Below the pieces are notes generated by a model, which searched no databases, had not been told where the DNA came from, and was given only the letters and a program-made list of their open reading frames with translations. A DNA stretch of 64,000 nt from Oopsacas minuta. Lineage: Eukaryota; Animalia; Porifera. Of this stretch, positions 1 to 15,000 are shown piece after piece. The translations under genes and the position numbers were made by a program. The stretch lies in contig JAKMXF010000333.1 in the NCBI GenBank assembly GCA_024704765.1, positions 186,001-250,000 of the forward strand. Direction: 5' to 3'. Position 1 is the first letter of the stretch. Each line of letters starts with the position of its first letter.

Positions 1-2
1 TC

Positions 3-3000
3 TCTCCCACACAACTGGATCCTACTAAAATTACAATTCAACAAAATTCAAACCAATCTGCGGGCAATTTCTTCAGACTTACTAGTTCAACTATTGTTGA
101 ACAAGCTCGTGATAATGATATAACTCTGACCATACCAGAAATAGATTTCCAAGTGATTCAAACACTTGCTCCACTAGGCCAGACACTCTCTACTACTTGG
201 CTTTCTGCAGAATCCGACTTCGTACGCGATAGATCTGGGAATGAGGTTGAAGCCATAAACCCCTCTTTTGCGATTAGCGTCTCGATCCACACGGCAGATT
301 TGATTCCACCATTCTTGACATCATTTTCTGTGGATATGAATGATGGGAGTTTATTTCTGACCTTTAGTGAACAAATACTTGGTTCCCCTATTCATTTAGA
401 CCTCTTCATTTTTCAAGAATCACAGGGAACTCACAGTAAGGAGCACCGTCTATCTTCTTCTAACGTTTCCGCTGTGGTAGACAATGTTATATCAATTATA
501 ATCTCCATAGACGATCTGAATATTATCAAGCAACAGTACCCTCTTTTCATTGATCTGAACTCAGCATTCATCCGAACTAATCAAGCTGCCGTATACGATA
601 TAGCTGACAATCCAAACACTATTTTAACTGAAGACTTTGCAATTCAAGCTTCCACTCTAGTGGTTGATATGATTAGGCCAACCATTCAAAATTTTACACT
701 TAACATTGAAGATTCTCAAATAATCTTTACTTTCTCTGAGACAATTAATGGAAGTAACCTCGATCCAATACAACTCACTCTAAGTAATGACCGAGGTAAT
801 GTAGCAATACGGTATGCTCTTACTGGCGGCATTTTGCAAGATGTGCTTCGTCCAATTATCACTCTTAACATCACTTCTACAGATCTTAACTTTATTAAGT
901 CACTTCCTCATTTGGCTACCAATATCGACAACACGTTTTTAGTAGTGGATGCAGATTTTACTTCCGATTTAGTTGGAAATCGAGTATTTTCATTTGGTAC
1001 CAATAATCCCATTCAGGCCATGGCAGTGATTGCTGACGAAACTCGTCCATCACTATTTACATTTCAGTCATCTCTGGACTTGAACACTGGGATTCTATCT
1101 TTGTATTTCAGCGAGACGATGAATTCTAGTTCGTTTCAACTCGATAATATAATGCTAGTAAATGCCATTTCTTCCCCCTCCAATCAGTTATATTTATCTC
1201 CTGCAACTCTACAACCATTTTACAACACTGTGATTGTAAACATTACTCTACTACAAGAAGATCTTAACACTATAAAAGATTTATCTCTTTGCGATAATTC
1301 AAGTTCAAACAATTGTTTCATTTCGATTACCTCTGATTTGGCTGCAGATATGTTTGGTTTGGCTGTTAATCCTATCACCACCGCAGAAATTCTTGCTGTA
1401 ATCAATGACGTTACATCTCCTCAATTAGTCCAATTTGTTGAACTTAACCTAATGAATGGAACTTTGATATTAAGTTTCTCCGAAACCATTGATTTCTCTA
1501 CTTTAGATTCGTCTACAATTGTATTACAGAGCCTCTTCCAATCCCCGTTAAATAGTGTCACCCTTAGTGGAGCAGTTGCACAACAACTGTCTAAAAACGA
1601 AATACAGTTACAGTTATCTGTTGGAGATTTAGGATTACTCAAACTTGATAAATACGTATGTTTTACTCGTGGTAGTTGCTATATATTCGCTAATTCAGAT
1701 CTGATACAAGACAAGTCTGGGAATAGTTTTTCAAGTGTCCTAATGCTAGAACCAGGAATCCTTGTCCAATCGCTAATCCCTGACATCAGTGGTCCACTTT
1801 TAGACAGCTACAGTTTGGATTTAAATACTGGCATTATTCTAGTTACATTTGATGAACCTGTTGATATCAATTCTGATACCTTTCAATTAGATGGATTTTC
1901 ATTTGGCCCGAATACTGATTCAACTGATAGAATTACCCTTACATCTGGTATTGTGTCAAGGATATCAACGTTTGTTGTCTCTATACAACTGTCATTAGAG
2001 AATATTGACCTTCTCAAATCTTCAAGTTTCCTTAAATCGCGAAATGATACATTTTTGTTTATCCAGGCAGATTCTTTAACCGACCTAGCTCGTGCTGTTA
2101 ATCCAATCCTCGAGCAGAGCTTGGGATTACAAGTTTTTTCCTATCAACCGGACATTACTCCTCCTGATCTTAGCTCTTTTACCCTGGATCTATCCCTAAA
2201 TTTAATAATTTTCTCTTTCAATGAGCCCGTACTACGATCAAGCTTTAATTTCAGTAGAATAACCTTGTATGCTGATTGTAGCAATCTGTCATTCAGCAGT
2301 TATACACTTCAGGATGGTGCTTTCACATCTGAAACGGATCTAAGAAGTTCGGTTCTTACTGTAATTCTCACAATGGCCGACCTTATTGCTATAAAATCTA
2401 GCCTTCATCTTGGGAGAACTGCTTCAACCAGCAATATCATACTTTCTAAAAGTGCTGTTGAAGACGTAGCTCTCAACGAGCTCCAAATTACCAACTGCAC
2501 TGCTCCTGTGCTATTTATTCGTGATACCTCTCTGTTACAACTCTTGTCCTTTGCTATCGATATGAATCTAGGTACAATTAATCTCACCTTCAATGATGTG
2601 GTAGCTTCTTCCACTTTCAAAGCTGATGGGATTACTATACAATCAACTGCGGTTACAATTGAAGATTCTTTCCTGATGCTATCAAGGCAAAGTACAACTT
2701 CTACACTGAATAGCTTCATGATTACTGTTGATCTATCACCCATTGACTTCTTTAGGCTTAAGAATAATATTAGAATCGCTACGAATATTAATAACACTTT
2801 TCTCACTCTGCTTGCTTCCACTATAGATGATCCAACAAGTCAGGATGTGTTAGCAATAACAGACGGGAATGGTCTTCAAGCATCTATATTTAATTTGGAT
2901 AATACCCCTCCTGCCCTCTACTTTTTCACTTTAGATTTGAATCAGGGATTGATAGTTCTCACTTTCTCAGAGGCCATCAATATCACCACATTATTAGTTG

Positions 3001-6000
3001 AACAAATCTTCCTCTTGGAAACTTTGTCATCTGTATCTCCCCTGCAGCTAGACACTAGAACTTCCATTGCATCCCTTTCAGATGACGGTACGATTGCTTC
3101 CCTTTCCATACTAAATTCAGACTTGAATTCTATTAAACGAAGGCCAGACTTTGGCACCATGTCAAGTAACACTTTTATTAGTATTTTGGAAGGCACGGTT
3201 CTTGATTTCTTTGATAATCCTCTGATAGGAATTGAGACATCATCTGCTCAACAAGCTAACTCATTTGTTGAAGATCTCACCAAACCTCTCCTTTCTAGTT
3301 ACAGCATAGATATGGATTCAGGAATGCTTTCTTTATATTTTAGTGAGGTAATCAATTCTACTTCTCTCAATCCTACAGCTATATCATTGTCGGATTCTTC
3401 AAACTCCTCCGACATACTTGCTCACACTCATACACTATTTTCTGGAGATTTCCAAATTGGATTGTACACAGATTTTATCACTCTTCAGTTACCTCTCGAT
3501 GACATCTTAGCCTTACAGTTACTTAGAACAGTAGGAAGCGATCAATTTACCATTTTCTTATCTCATACTTCAAACCTAGTACTAGATATGAACAACAATC
3601 GAGCCTCTCCAATAAGTCGATTTAGTGGATTGATTCCTGATGGATATATCCCTGACACTACTAATCCGATATTAACTGGGTGGAATTTAGACATGAATTT
3701 GGGGAGTATCCAGATTCTATTCAACAAGGTGTTAGATGTGCCAGCTATAAATCTTACGCTTTTTACTATTCAGAATGCTTTTGCAACAGGTTTTGTACAG
3801 TTAACTGGAGGAAGCTTTTCATTGCTAGACTCTAATGATATTTCTGTTCTTTTGTCTTTGTCCGATCTTAACCAGATCAAAACCCTGGATTCTTTAGCAA
3901 TTGACATTGATTCAAGTTATATTACTTTACAACCTAACACTGTAACTGACACTAGAGGTTTAATGAACCCTGTCATCTCTCCACTCCAGGCTTCATCATA
4001 CATCGGTGACATGACTCCACCTTCCCTCACCAACCATATTTATGACTTGAATGAGGGTCTACTCACTCTTACATTCAATGAAGCAATTGTTATCACAGAT
4101 ATTACCGCTATATCAATCAAAAATCAATTCGGCACCAATTTGTCGATATCTACTAATACTTTATTTGAGCTATCAGATTTCAACTCTATACTAACAATAA
4201 ATTTCTCAAATGCAGAACTTAACCAAATCAAAGAAAATATTGGAGTATTGCCCATTTCTCTTGACATATTACCCGGAGGCATTGAGGATACTTTTAATCT
4301 TCAACTTTCATTTATTTCAAATGCCAGTAGTTTTATTCCTGACACAACTAGACCAAATCTGATTGGATTCCGTGTGGACACTGTAGCTAGCCTACTTGCT
4401 CTCACCTTTGATGAAATTATTGATGTTGCAACACTCGAATTAAACACTATAACACTTATATCATTTATCAATGCCTCTGACTACACGCTGGTTAGTAGCT
4501 CCATAGATAGTGTCGATGTCGACAATGCCGTTGTCTTTGTCCGACTTTCCAGCCAAGATACAGGCAGCATTTCCTTGTTAGGTGCAGACGCAACAGTCTC
4601 AAATATGACAGTGTTTGACCATGCAGGCAATAGACTTGTTCCTATTAACGTTGTTGACCTACGTTCTGGAAATGAGGGAATTGGCCCTGTAATTGTATCT
4701 TACTCACTCAACATGAATAATGGACGGCTAGTATTAACATTCACTGAAGAGGTTGCTGGGAACAGTGTGGATACAAGTGGTATAACATTACGTAATGGAC
4801 AGAGTGCTAGCGCTACTTCTTATGTACTCACTAGCGATTTCACACCCGGTCCAACTAACAGTTCAATAATTGTGATAGGTCTTTCCCAAACAGACATCGA
4901 TAATATCAATTCGCTTCCTAATTTAGCCAAGTCAAGGGACACCACTTTTATTACTTATACAGAACAATTTGCTACTGATATTGATGGCAACCCTACTGAC
5001 AATATTCCCATAAACTTGGCTATCAGGGTAGAAACTTTCACTCCTGATATCACAAATCCTACGTTAATCTATTTCTTACTCAATTTTACTGCAGAGACGA
5101 TGACTCTCGTCTTCTCTGAAACTATAAATGTGCTTACAGTAGATTACACTAAATTTACATTTCAAGACGCCTCGACAGCTAGCAACATTATTCTCACTCT
5201 AGGATCTAACCAGCAGACATTAACATCTAATTCCCCCACCTTATCTTTTGAATTCGATCAGAACGATTTAGATATGATATTTTTGCAGGATATTTGTACT
5301 AATTCCACTAATTGCTTCCTAAATCTGGGTAATGATGCTATTCGTGATACATTCTCTAATCCATTCATTCAAGACTTGTTATCTGTTACTTCTCTTGGTT
5401 TAATCCCTGATAGTAAATCACCTATTTTCGATAATTTTATTTTACTCAATTTCACTAGTGAAACTATTACTCTCAGTTTCGATGAAGCAGTAAATGTAGA
5501 GACCCTCGATCCTAGTGCTATAACTATACAGAACTCATTTGGACCCATACCAAACTTCGTTTCTTATCAACTTAAAGGAGGGTCCTCACTTACGCCAAAT
5601 GGTTCTCAAATAATAATATTATTACTCAAATCTGACCTTAACGAGTTGAAAAAGAGACACGACACATTATGTGTCCTTATTACTAATTGCTTTATACGTT
5701 TCTCAAGTGCTCTCATACGAGATATGAACAACAACCCTGTTGTTGCCCTTGGTGAAAGTATCCTGGATAATCCGAATGAACGAGCTGACAATATTGCTGA
5801 CGATGTTATCCCCCCTTCTCTTGAAGAATTTTCACTGAACATGAATCAGGGTATATTTAATCTTACATTTAGCGAGGTTGTTCAATTTGACTCTCTCGTT
5901 ACTCAACTTATAGTAATCCAAAACGCTCAATCTGGTACAAGTAGCGTTACCCTTTCTGCTATAACTCCTAGTAGCAGAATTACAACACAGATAGACACTC

Positions 6001-9000
6001 TTATTCAATTCGAAATGAACATTGATGACTTTACAAGATTGCAAGCAAATTTATTTTTGGCAAATGATATTAACGACACATATATCACTCACACTTCAGG
6101 TATGATCCTGGATGTTTTCGACAATAATGTCTCCCCGCGTTCAGACGGAGTGAATGCATTGCAAGCCTCCGTTGTAGTTAGAGACACGATTCCACCAGTT
6201 GTTGTCCAGTTCTCTCTATTAGACCTAGACTTAGGAACCCTTGTGATATCATTTACAGAGCCGATAAATGCTAATCAAGTTAACTTTGAGAAAATATCAA
6301 TCCTCTCAACTAACAGCTCATCTGCTCTTGCAATTATGTTCACCAATGGAACTGCTGCCCTATCTTCTGACTTCTCTTCTATTACTCTCACTCTTAACAG
6401 TATCGATCTCATAACTCTGAAACTTAGTGATCAAGTTGCCAGTAGTGTTTTGAATTCATATATAAGCATTTCACTTGGCGCGTTCACTGATACAGCTGGT
6501 AACCAGCTGTTACCTATCACAGCTGATCAGGCTCTTCGTGTTCTAGCATTTAATCCTGATGTCACACGTCCTGAACTAACACGCTTTGATTTAGATCTTA
6601 ATAGCGGAACCCTCACTCTATATTTTAACGATGTTGTACAACTTCTCTCTGTAAACCCAACCTCAATTACTCTCCAAAACAACAAGACTCTTAGTCCGGA
6701 ATCCTCTACTATTAGGATAACTGGTGGTTCAGCTACCACTATGGATAATTCTACGATTATTTTAACAATGATTAGTGTAGATCTGAACTTGATCAAAGCT
6801 AATTTGGAACTGGCTTCAGATGTTGATGACACTTTCATTTCTATTACATCTAATCTCATTTTAGATCTGTTTGACCAGCCAGTTACCTCGATTATTTCAT
6901 CCAATGCTTTGCAGGTTACAGGATTTATCAATGACACAGTATCACCAATCCTATCTTTATTTAGCTTTAACCTGGACCAAGGTTCGATACTTTTCATGTT
7001 CAATGAACCTGTGCTCATCACGTCCTTTGCACCTTCTCTTCTAACTGTTCAAAACATGGAGAACATATCTTCTCCCCTCTCTTATACACTTACTGGTGGT
7101 GGAACCAACGATCCACAAATATCCGGTGATTATTTTGTTTACACCCTTTCAGCGACAGATCTAAATTCAATCAAAGCTATCGGTAATCTTGCGACTGATG
7201 TAGTTGATACATATCTAAGTTTCCCACCAGAACTTATAACAGATACAAGCAATAATCTAATTATTCCTGCACCTCCTGATGATGCTTTCCTCAGTAGCTC
7301 ATTTATTGGGGATAACACTAGACCCCAGCTACTTTCATTTTCCCTTGATATTGACTTTGGAATCTTAACATTGACATTTTCTGAAACTGTTGATAATTCC
7401 TCAATCCGATTAAGAGATTTCAGGATCCAGGGAGGACAGAGTATCTCGGATCCTAATATTGCTCTCGATACAAGTCAACTTATGCCATTAAAACCTGAAA
7501 TACTTTTCACTGTCTATCTTAGTGTTGAAGACTTGAATGAGATAAAATTCACATCAACTGTTGCTGCTGATAACCAGACTACATTTCTCTCATTCCAAAG
7601 CTCCTCTGTCCTAGATTTGACTGGTAATGCAATCATACCTCACTTATCGGATGACGCTCTACAGGTCACTGATTATATCTCGGATAAAACATCTCCCACT
7701 CTTGTGAATGCTACCCTGGATATGAATTTAGGAATTTTGATGTTTACATTTGATGAACCTATAAATGTCTCAACTTTTAATGCATCTGCATTTATTTTAC
7801 AAAATACAGACAATGCTCTTTCCTTACTCATTACTGAAGGACACGTAATGCTTCTTAGTCTGCAGCTTTCTATCAACTCCGTCGTTGTGTTTTCAGACGT
7901 GACTACACTAGCATTAGAGTTTGTTCCATCAGATCTAGAATTTTTACAAGCTAACAACTTTACTTCCTCACTTGATGACTCTTATCTTGCTGTGTTACCT
8001 AATTCTTTGTTTGATCAGGCAGGAAACATGTTATCTCCAATTCCTGTTGCATCTGCTCGGAGAATAGGATTGTTTATATCAGATTCCCAACCCCCTCAAT
8101 ACACGAATGTCAGTCTGGATATGAATACTGGTGTTTTGACTCTAACATTTGATGAGATAATTAACCCTTATTCTGTAGAGATAAATACTATTACCTTTAG
8201 TAATCTACCTCTCCTCAACTCTATTGTCACTCAATATACTCTCACAGCTGCCAGAGTTAACCCTCTTTACTCTAAAGAGATATCTATCACCATTTCCAAT
8301 GAAGATTTAGATGAGCTAAAGATATTAACTGCTCTCACCACTTCATCATTGGACACTTATATTTTCATTCAATCAGGTACTGCTGCTGACACTAGTGGTA
8401 ATCAAGTAGATATTTCTGGAGCCGCCTACCATCAAGCAATTGATTTTACAACTGATTCAACTCCTCCTGTGCTTCTTGGATTTATTATTGAGACCTTAGG
8501 TCTGAATCTTGCAAACGTACAACTATATTTCTCTGAAACCGTTAATGCATCTAGTTTAATTATCGATGGAACAACTTTCCTTAACCAACCTTCCTTTTCT
8601 GCAGCCAAGAACTACTCATTAAATACAGGAAGCACTCTTAGTTCTGACTCAAACTTAATCCAAATAGAATTTGAAATTAGTGATATTGAATCATTGGTTG
8701 ACTTGGCCCCTATTGCAACCTCACTCAATTCTACTTTCTTAACATACCCTCCTAACTATGTAGCCGATATGTTTGGGAATTTTATTCTAGTTGATATTGT
8801 GGATTCTTTATCTGTAAGCATCGACGTAACACGTCCTAAAGTAGTTGGTTACACTCTTGACCTCACGACAGAAACTCTACTTCTCACATTTTCTGAGGCA
8901 ATTCGCCCTAGTTCAACTAATATTTCACTCATCACACTACAGGCATCACGTCATGTAACTGCACAACGATTCACACTGACGCAAGCAACTATATTCCTTA

Positions 9001-12000
9001 TTACAGATAATATCCTGGAGCTACAACTAGTTTTGGAAGATCTCAACGCAATAAAATCACTTACTTCTCTGGCTGTCAATGATGAGTCGACCTTTTTGGT
9101 GCTTTCTCGAGGAGTCATTGAAGATTCTGTGGGAATTCTCTCTCAAGCAATTTCTGTCTCGAATTCTCTACAGGTTACATCTTTCGTAGGAGATCATATA
9201 CGCCCGTCTCTTGAATCTTTTGATTTAGATATGAATGCTGGTCTAATTACGCTCTATTTCTCAGAAACTATTAATTCTACTTCGTTTGATTCAACTATGA
9301 TATCACTTCAGAACTTGGAGAATTCCGTGGTTTTGGGCATGTCCTATGTTCTATCTGGCGCTGATCTCCCTACACTCACTCCAAACAGCATTGTTTCATT
9401 TAGATTATTGAATAGGGATTTTAATGAAATAAAGAAACTATCGCTTGCCACAAGTAGAACGGACACATTTTTAACAATAAGCTCAATTGCCATTTTCGAT
9501 GTAAATGATAACCGCATCCGCCCAATTACATCAGTAAAAGCTCAACAAGTTTCAATTTATGTATCAGATACTAACCCTCCTTTACTTAACAGCTTTGACT
9601 TTGACCTCAATCAAGGCATCCTTACTTTGTCCTTCAATGAAACTGTTAATGTTTCAACTCTATCTATATCAAGTGTAGCTCTATTTGCCCTCAATACTAC
9701 ACATGCCCTTACAAGCAGCTATGTTGTTTCAGATAATTCTCCTGTTGTTATTATTCAATTATCAGAAGATGACCTTAACAGTATCAAGGCATTGCCCATA
9801 TGTACCTTGAGCATATCCCAGGATTGTTTCTTATCTTTTCCTGGCGGAACAATAAATGATATGGTTAGTATCGGTAATTTGGTATTCCCATCCAGCCAAA
9901 CATTCACATTATTCCTCAATGACACTACTGCACCTACTCTTGTTGATTTCGTTCAATTTAATCTTCTAGCTGGTTCTCTTGTGTTAAGATTTTCAGAGGT
10001 TATTAACATATCCTCTTTTAGAGTAGAATCTATAACTCTTCAGACTCTTTACAACAACCCCATTAGTGCTTATACACTTACATCCGGTGCATTTATCTTT
10101 GACAACAATGTCACTGTGATGGTTTCTCTTTCAAGGGAAGATCTCTTAGCTATTAAATTTGATAGTCATATCTGTAGGTACAGAGGTAATTGTTACCTCT
10201 ATGCAGATAGTTTATTAGTCACTGATTTCCAAGGAAATTCATTCTCGTTAGATGGATTTCCTCTTATTGCAACTAGCTTTATCTCGGACAACCTCCCGCC
10301 AGTGCTGGTCAATTCAACTCTTAACATGAATAATGGCACACTTACCCTCACATTTGATGAGCCTATCATGCCTGACACATTTTTGGTAAATGGCATAACT
10401 ATCCAAAGCCAAATAACTTCCCCTACTGACTTTTATCAGCTGACAAATGGCGTAATTTCTAACCCTAATTCCCTCGTTATCAAGATTGTTTTTTCATCTT
10501 TTGACCTCAACCATATCAAGAGAGCTAATATTACGTATTCGCAATTAGATACCTATATATCATTAGCTGCAGACACCATCAGAGATAATTCTATCGATGC
10601 ACTTGGTAATCAATTCACTAGCAGCGCTATTCGTGTAACAGAATTGATTCCTGATACCACTCCTCCTATTCTTCTTAATTTCGTATTGGATTTATTTGAA
10701 GAAATTTTAACTCTAACTTTTGATGAGCCAATTTTCCTTCCTGAATTCGAAATAAATGGATTGACCTTACGCTCTGGTTGTACAAACACAAGTCTTAATC
10801 TGACTTTGTCTGGTGGAAGCTTAGATCCTACAAGTGACTATCTTGTTGTTCCAATATTTCTTCTCTCTACAGACATATCATCAATCGTTGGTTTAATAGG
10901 GCTTGGTACCAATGAAAACAATACATACATCCAGATAGCGTCCAATACTCTAAGTGACTATTTCTACAATAGTCTTACATTTGTTCCTTGTCTTAAAACA
11001 GACACACATATTGCTGATAGCAACAGAATGACACTCCTTTCGTTTATCCTGAACATCAACTCTAGTACACTAACTCTTACCTTTGACGATGCTGCTGACA
11101 GTGCTAGTCTTGACGCTAGTGGCATTACCCTCCAGAATTCTGTTACTAGGATACCTTCTAAGTTTCACACTCTAACCTCTTCTTCCAGGACATCCTCTGT
11201 TCCGAGTGCTATTGTTGTTGTTAATATTTCACCTGGTGACCTATTTGCGATTAACACTATTGTTGACCTTGGACTTTCTCCTAATGATACCTTCCTCACA
11301 ATGCAAGCATCTACAATCGATGATCTCCTCGGGATTGATGTGTTAGCAATAACTGATGGTAACGCTCTCCCAGCATCTGAGGTAGTTCTTGACATGCAAA
11401 TACCTGTAGCTCAAGTATTTTCGCTAAATTTAAAGGACGGTTTGATACAAATACTTTTTACAGAACCTGTCAACCCTGATAGCCTGATATTTGCTGGACT
11501 TACAGGTAGTATCACCCTACAAGATTCATTTACTCTGCCTACAACCTCTCAACTCACGCTCACACCAACACCGAATGTTAGACGAGAGCAAGATGGCCTC
11601 ACGATCACTATTGTTCTTGTTCAAAGTGATCTCGATTTTATCAAAACTAATGCCATCCTTGGTACTCTGCTAACGAATACATTTTTATTTCTTCCTGAAG
11701 GAAGTATAAGTGATTTCTCTCAAAATGGAATTCAGGCAGCGACCTTATCTTCCTCAGAAATTATTGATGACGATGAAAGTCCATCTCTTATTTCTTTTAG
11801 TTTTGATCTCAGTGATGAAGCTCTCCTTTCCTTAACCTTCTCTGAAGCAGTAAACGCTAGTACTTTAGAAGTAACTAGTATTACAATAATGAATGACCCT
11901 GGTGTTGTTTCTAATACTCTCACTCTCTCCGGCGCTAACGGCTTTCTAGCTATACAGAGTGTTCTGAATATAACACTCCTTGATACAGATAAATATATCA

Positions 12001-15000
12001 TGCAACAGACAGAGAACTTTGCTACCTCAACTCAAGATCTATACATTACTTTTCCATCTTCTATGATACAAGATTTCTCAAAAAATCCTGTAATTGGGAT
12101 ATTACCAGACGAGGCTCTTCGTGTCTCTGAATTCATTCCTGATTCCTCACGTCCAGTTTTAGAATCCTTTTCTCTTAACTTATCCAGCACTCTATTAACA
12201 CTTACCTTTGATGATGTGATAGATATAAGTACTTTGACAAGTTCTTATATAACCCTCCATGCTGATGTTTTAGGATCTATCTCGTTTACCTTAACAGGTG
12301 GCCAACCAATAGGAACAGACTCAGAAGTAGTAGATATTTTATTGTTGTTCGAAGATGCTAATTATATAAAGTCTAACTCTAGCTTCGCTCAAACACCACT
12401 TTTTGTTTCTATCCCTACTACACTGGCTAATGATACGAATAGTAATCCAATCATACCAATATCTCTTCTTCCTTCTACCTCTGTAGTTCCAGACCTTATA
12501 CCTCCGGTTGTTTCTTCTTTCAGTGTCAATCTAAACATCACAGAACTCTCTCTCACTTTCAGTGAAATTGTGCAAATCGACACTCTTAATTTATCTACTC
12601 TAACTTTTCGCTCCAATACAGGAAGTGGTGAGCAATACAGACTTGAAGATCTATATCTAATTACCACCATTGACAGTCACATCATTAATATTTTCATCAG
12701 TCCTAAAGATATTCTTGCATTATCAATGTTCTCCTTCCTTGCTACTCAGAAAGATAATACCTACCTGCTCCTCGATAACAATCTCGTTTCAGACTTCAAC
12801 AATAATCCTTCACTTTCAGTAAGCACAGGCATGCAGGTGACCACATTTATTCGTGATACAATACGACCCTTTGTATTGTCTTATACTTTGGATTTATCTA
12901 CCAGAGAGATTGTGATATCATTTTCTGAGGCTATTCAGTTAGATACTCTCATAGTCTCTGCTTTTTCTATTCAAAACCAAGCTAGCAATGCTACAGTGGT
13001 ACAGAGACTCACCACTCCTCGTTCCCTACGATATGGCGCTGCATCAATACCCATTATCACGTTCAGTGATTATGACTTCAATATTTTGGTTTCTCAGCTA
13101 GCTTTAGCTGTGTCTGCCAACACAACATTCCTCACTATTGATTCTGCTGCAGTATTGGATAATTTTGACAATCCATCTGTTCCCTTGACTGAACCCAGCT
13201 TCAGTCCTACTACATTCACCCCAGACACCATTTCACCTACTTTATTCGAGTATACTCTCGATCTTAATACTGACTTTCTAACATTAACCTTTTCAGAGAC
13301 TATCAATTTATTTTCATTTGATTCCAATGCAATAGTTCTGCTTAGCGATAAAGCCGTTTCACCAACAACATCATATCGTCTCCAATTCCCTGGCTCATTT
13401 GAAAACTTCTCGACTGTTCTTGATTTGTATCTTGTCAGCCAGGACATTAATGCAATTAAGGCTGATTTTCAATTGGCTACTGCTATTGAAAATACTTATA
13501 TTTCTCATACCAGTCAGCTTGTTCAGGATATGAATGGTAACCCTATAGCTGAACGATTATTTGAAGATGCTCTTCAAGTATTTAATATCATTTTGGACAG
13601 TACTTCTCCTATATTAGAGAGATTTACTATTGATTTAGAACAAGGAATCATTAGCCTGTATTTTAATGAGCCAGTTAGATCTTCTTCTGCTTCTCCATTT
13701 GAATTAACACTCCAGAGTGAATCAGAGTTTTCAGTACCAGATGTTTCTACTTATATACTATCTCCTTCTACGACTGTAGTTTCTCAAAACAGCACAGAGC
13801 TGCGATTCAACCTTCTTCTCACTGACATACAGGGAATATTTCTGATTGATAATCTATGTTTCGAGATTGCTGATTGTTTCGTCACTTTCTCACAGGACTT
13901 GGTTACAGATACCAGTGGTAATAATGTAATTTCTATACCAAGGAGTAACGCATTCCCTGCTACCAATTTTACTGCTGACTCACAGAGACCTTCTCTTGCT
14001 CAATTTCTCAGCTTTGATTTTAATACTGGCCAGTTATCTCTATCATTTTCTGAGATTATCGATGCTTCCACTGCTAATGTAACACAAATCAGTCTCCGCA
14101 CAAACTCTAGACCAGATGCTCAAGGTGTAAATCTAAATGGTGGTAATACTTCTCTCATTGATGGTGTCATCCTCAATGTCACTCTCATTCCTACTGATTT
14201 AGATGATGTGAAGAGAAATTCATTATTGTGCCGACAAGATGTGAATTGCTTTATTCGCTTAACATCAGACTTTATCAGGGATATTTTTGGAAATTCTATT
14301 ACTGAAGTAGCTACTATATTATTTACTCCAACTGAACATGCTCTTGAAATTGTTAGTGACTCTTCCTCACCTCAACTTCTTGCATATTCTTTGGATTTGG
14401 ACAGCCTACTCTTAAATCTTACCTTTGATGAAGTAGTGAACTCCCCTACTCTTCGAGAGAGTGCAATTACTTTCCAAAACGATGTGGTTTCAGAAATCTC
14501 ATATACTTTAACTGGCGGCAACAGACTAACTCTTGGTGTAGAAACTGTTGTTGCTTTTCAACTGACTGTTTTAGACTCTATTTACATCAAGGCTATTAGA
14601 AATATTGCAACCAATATCAACGATACATTTATCAGTTATACTTCGGATCTAATAGTAGATGTAGGTGCTGGACCTTTTGGTACCTCGGCTAATGTTGTTC
14701 AAGCTAGATCTGATGGTCTTGCACTTAGAGCATCTAATTATTTACCTGACATCACAGCTCCTTCTGACTTTATTTTCGATTCTATTGATCTTGATCAAGG
14801 CACTCTTATTATTTCTGCTAACGAGCCCTTAAATAATGCGACATTAAATAGTACTATGCTAACTTTCCATTCTAACATAGCTGGTGATTCAACCTATCGG
14901 CTATCTCCCACTTCGGCTGTATATACGGATTTATCAACCAAACAACAGGTAGAGATTTCTTTAGATCCTCTTGATGTACAGTTTTTGAAACTTGATACTT

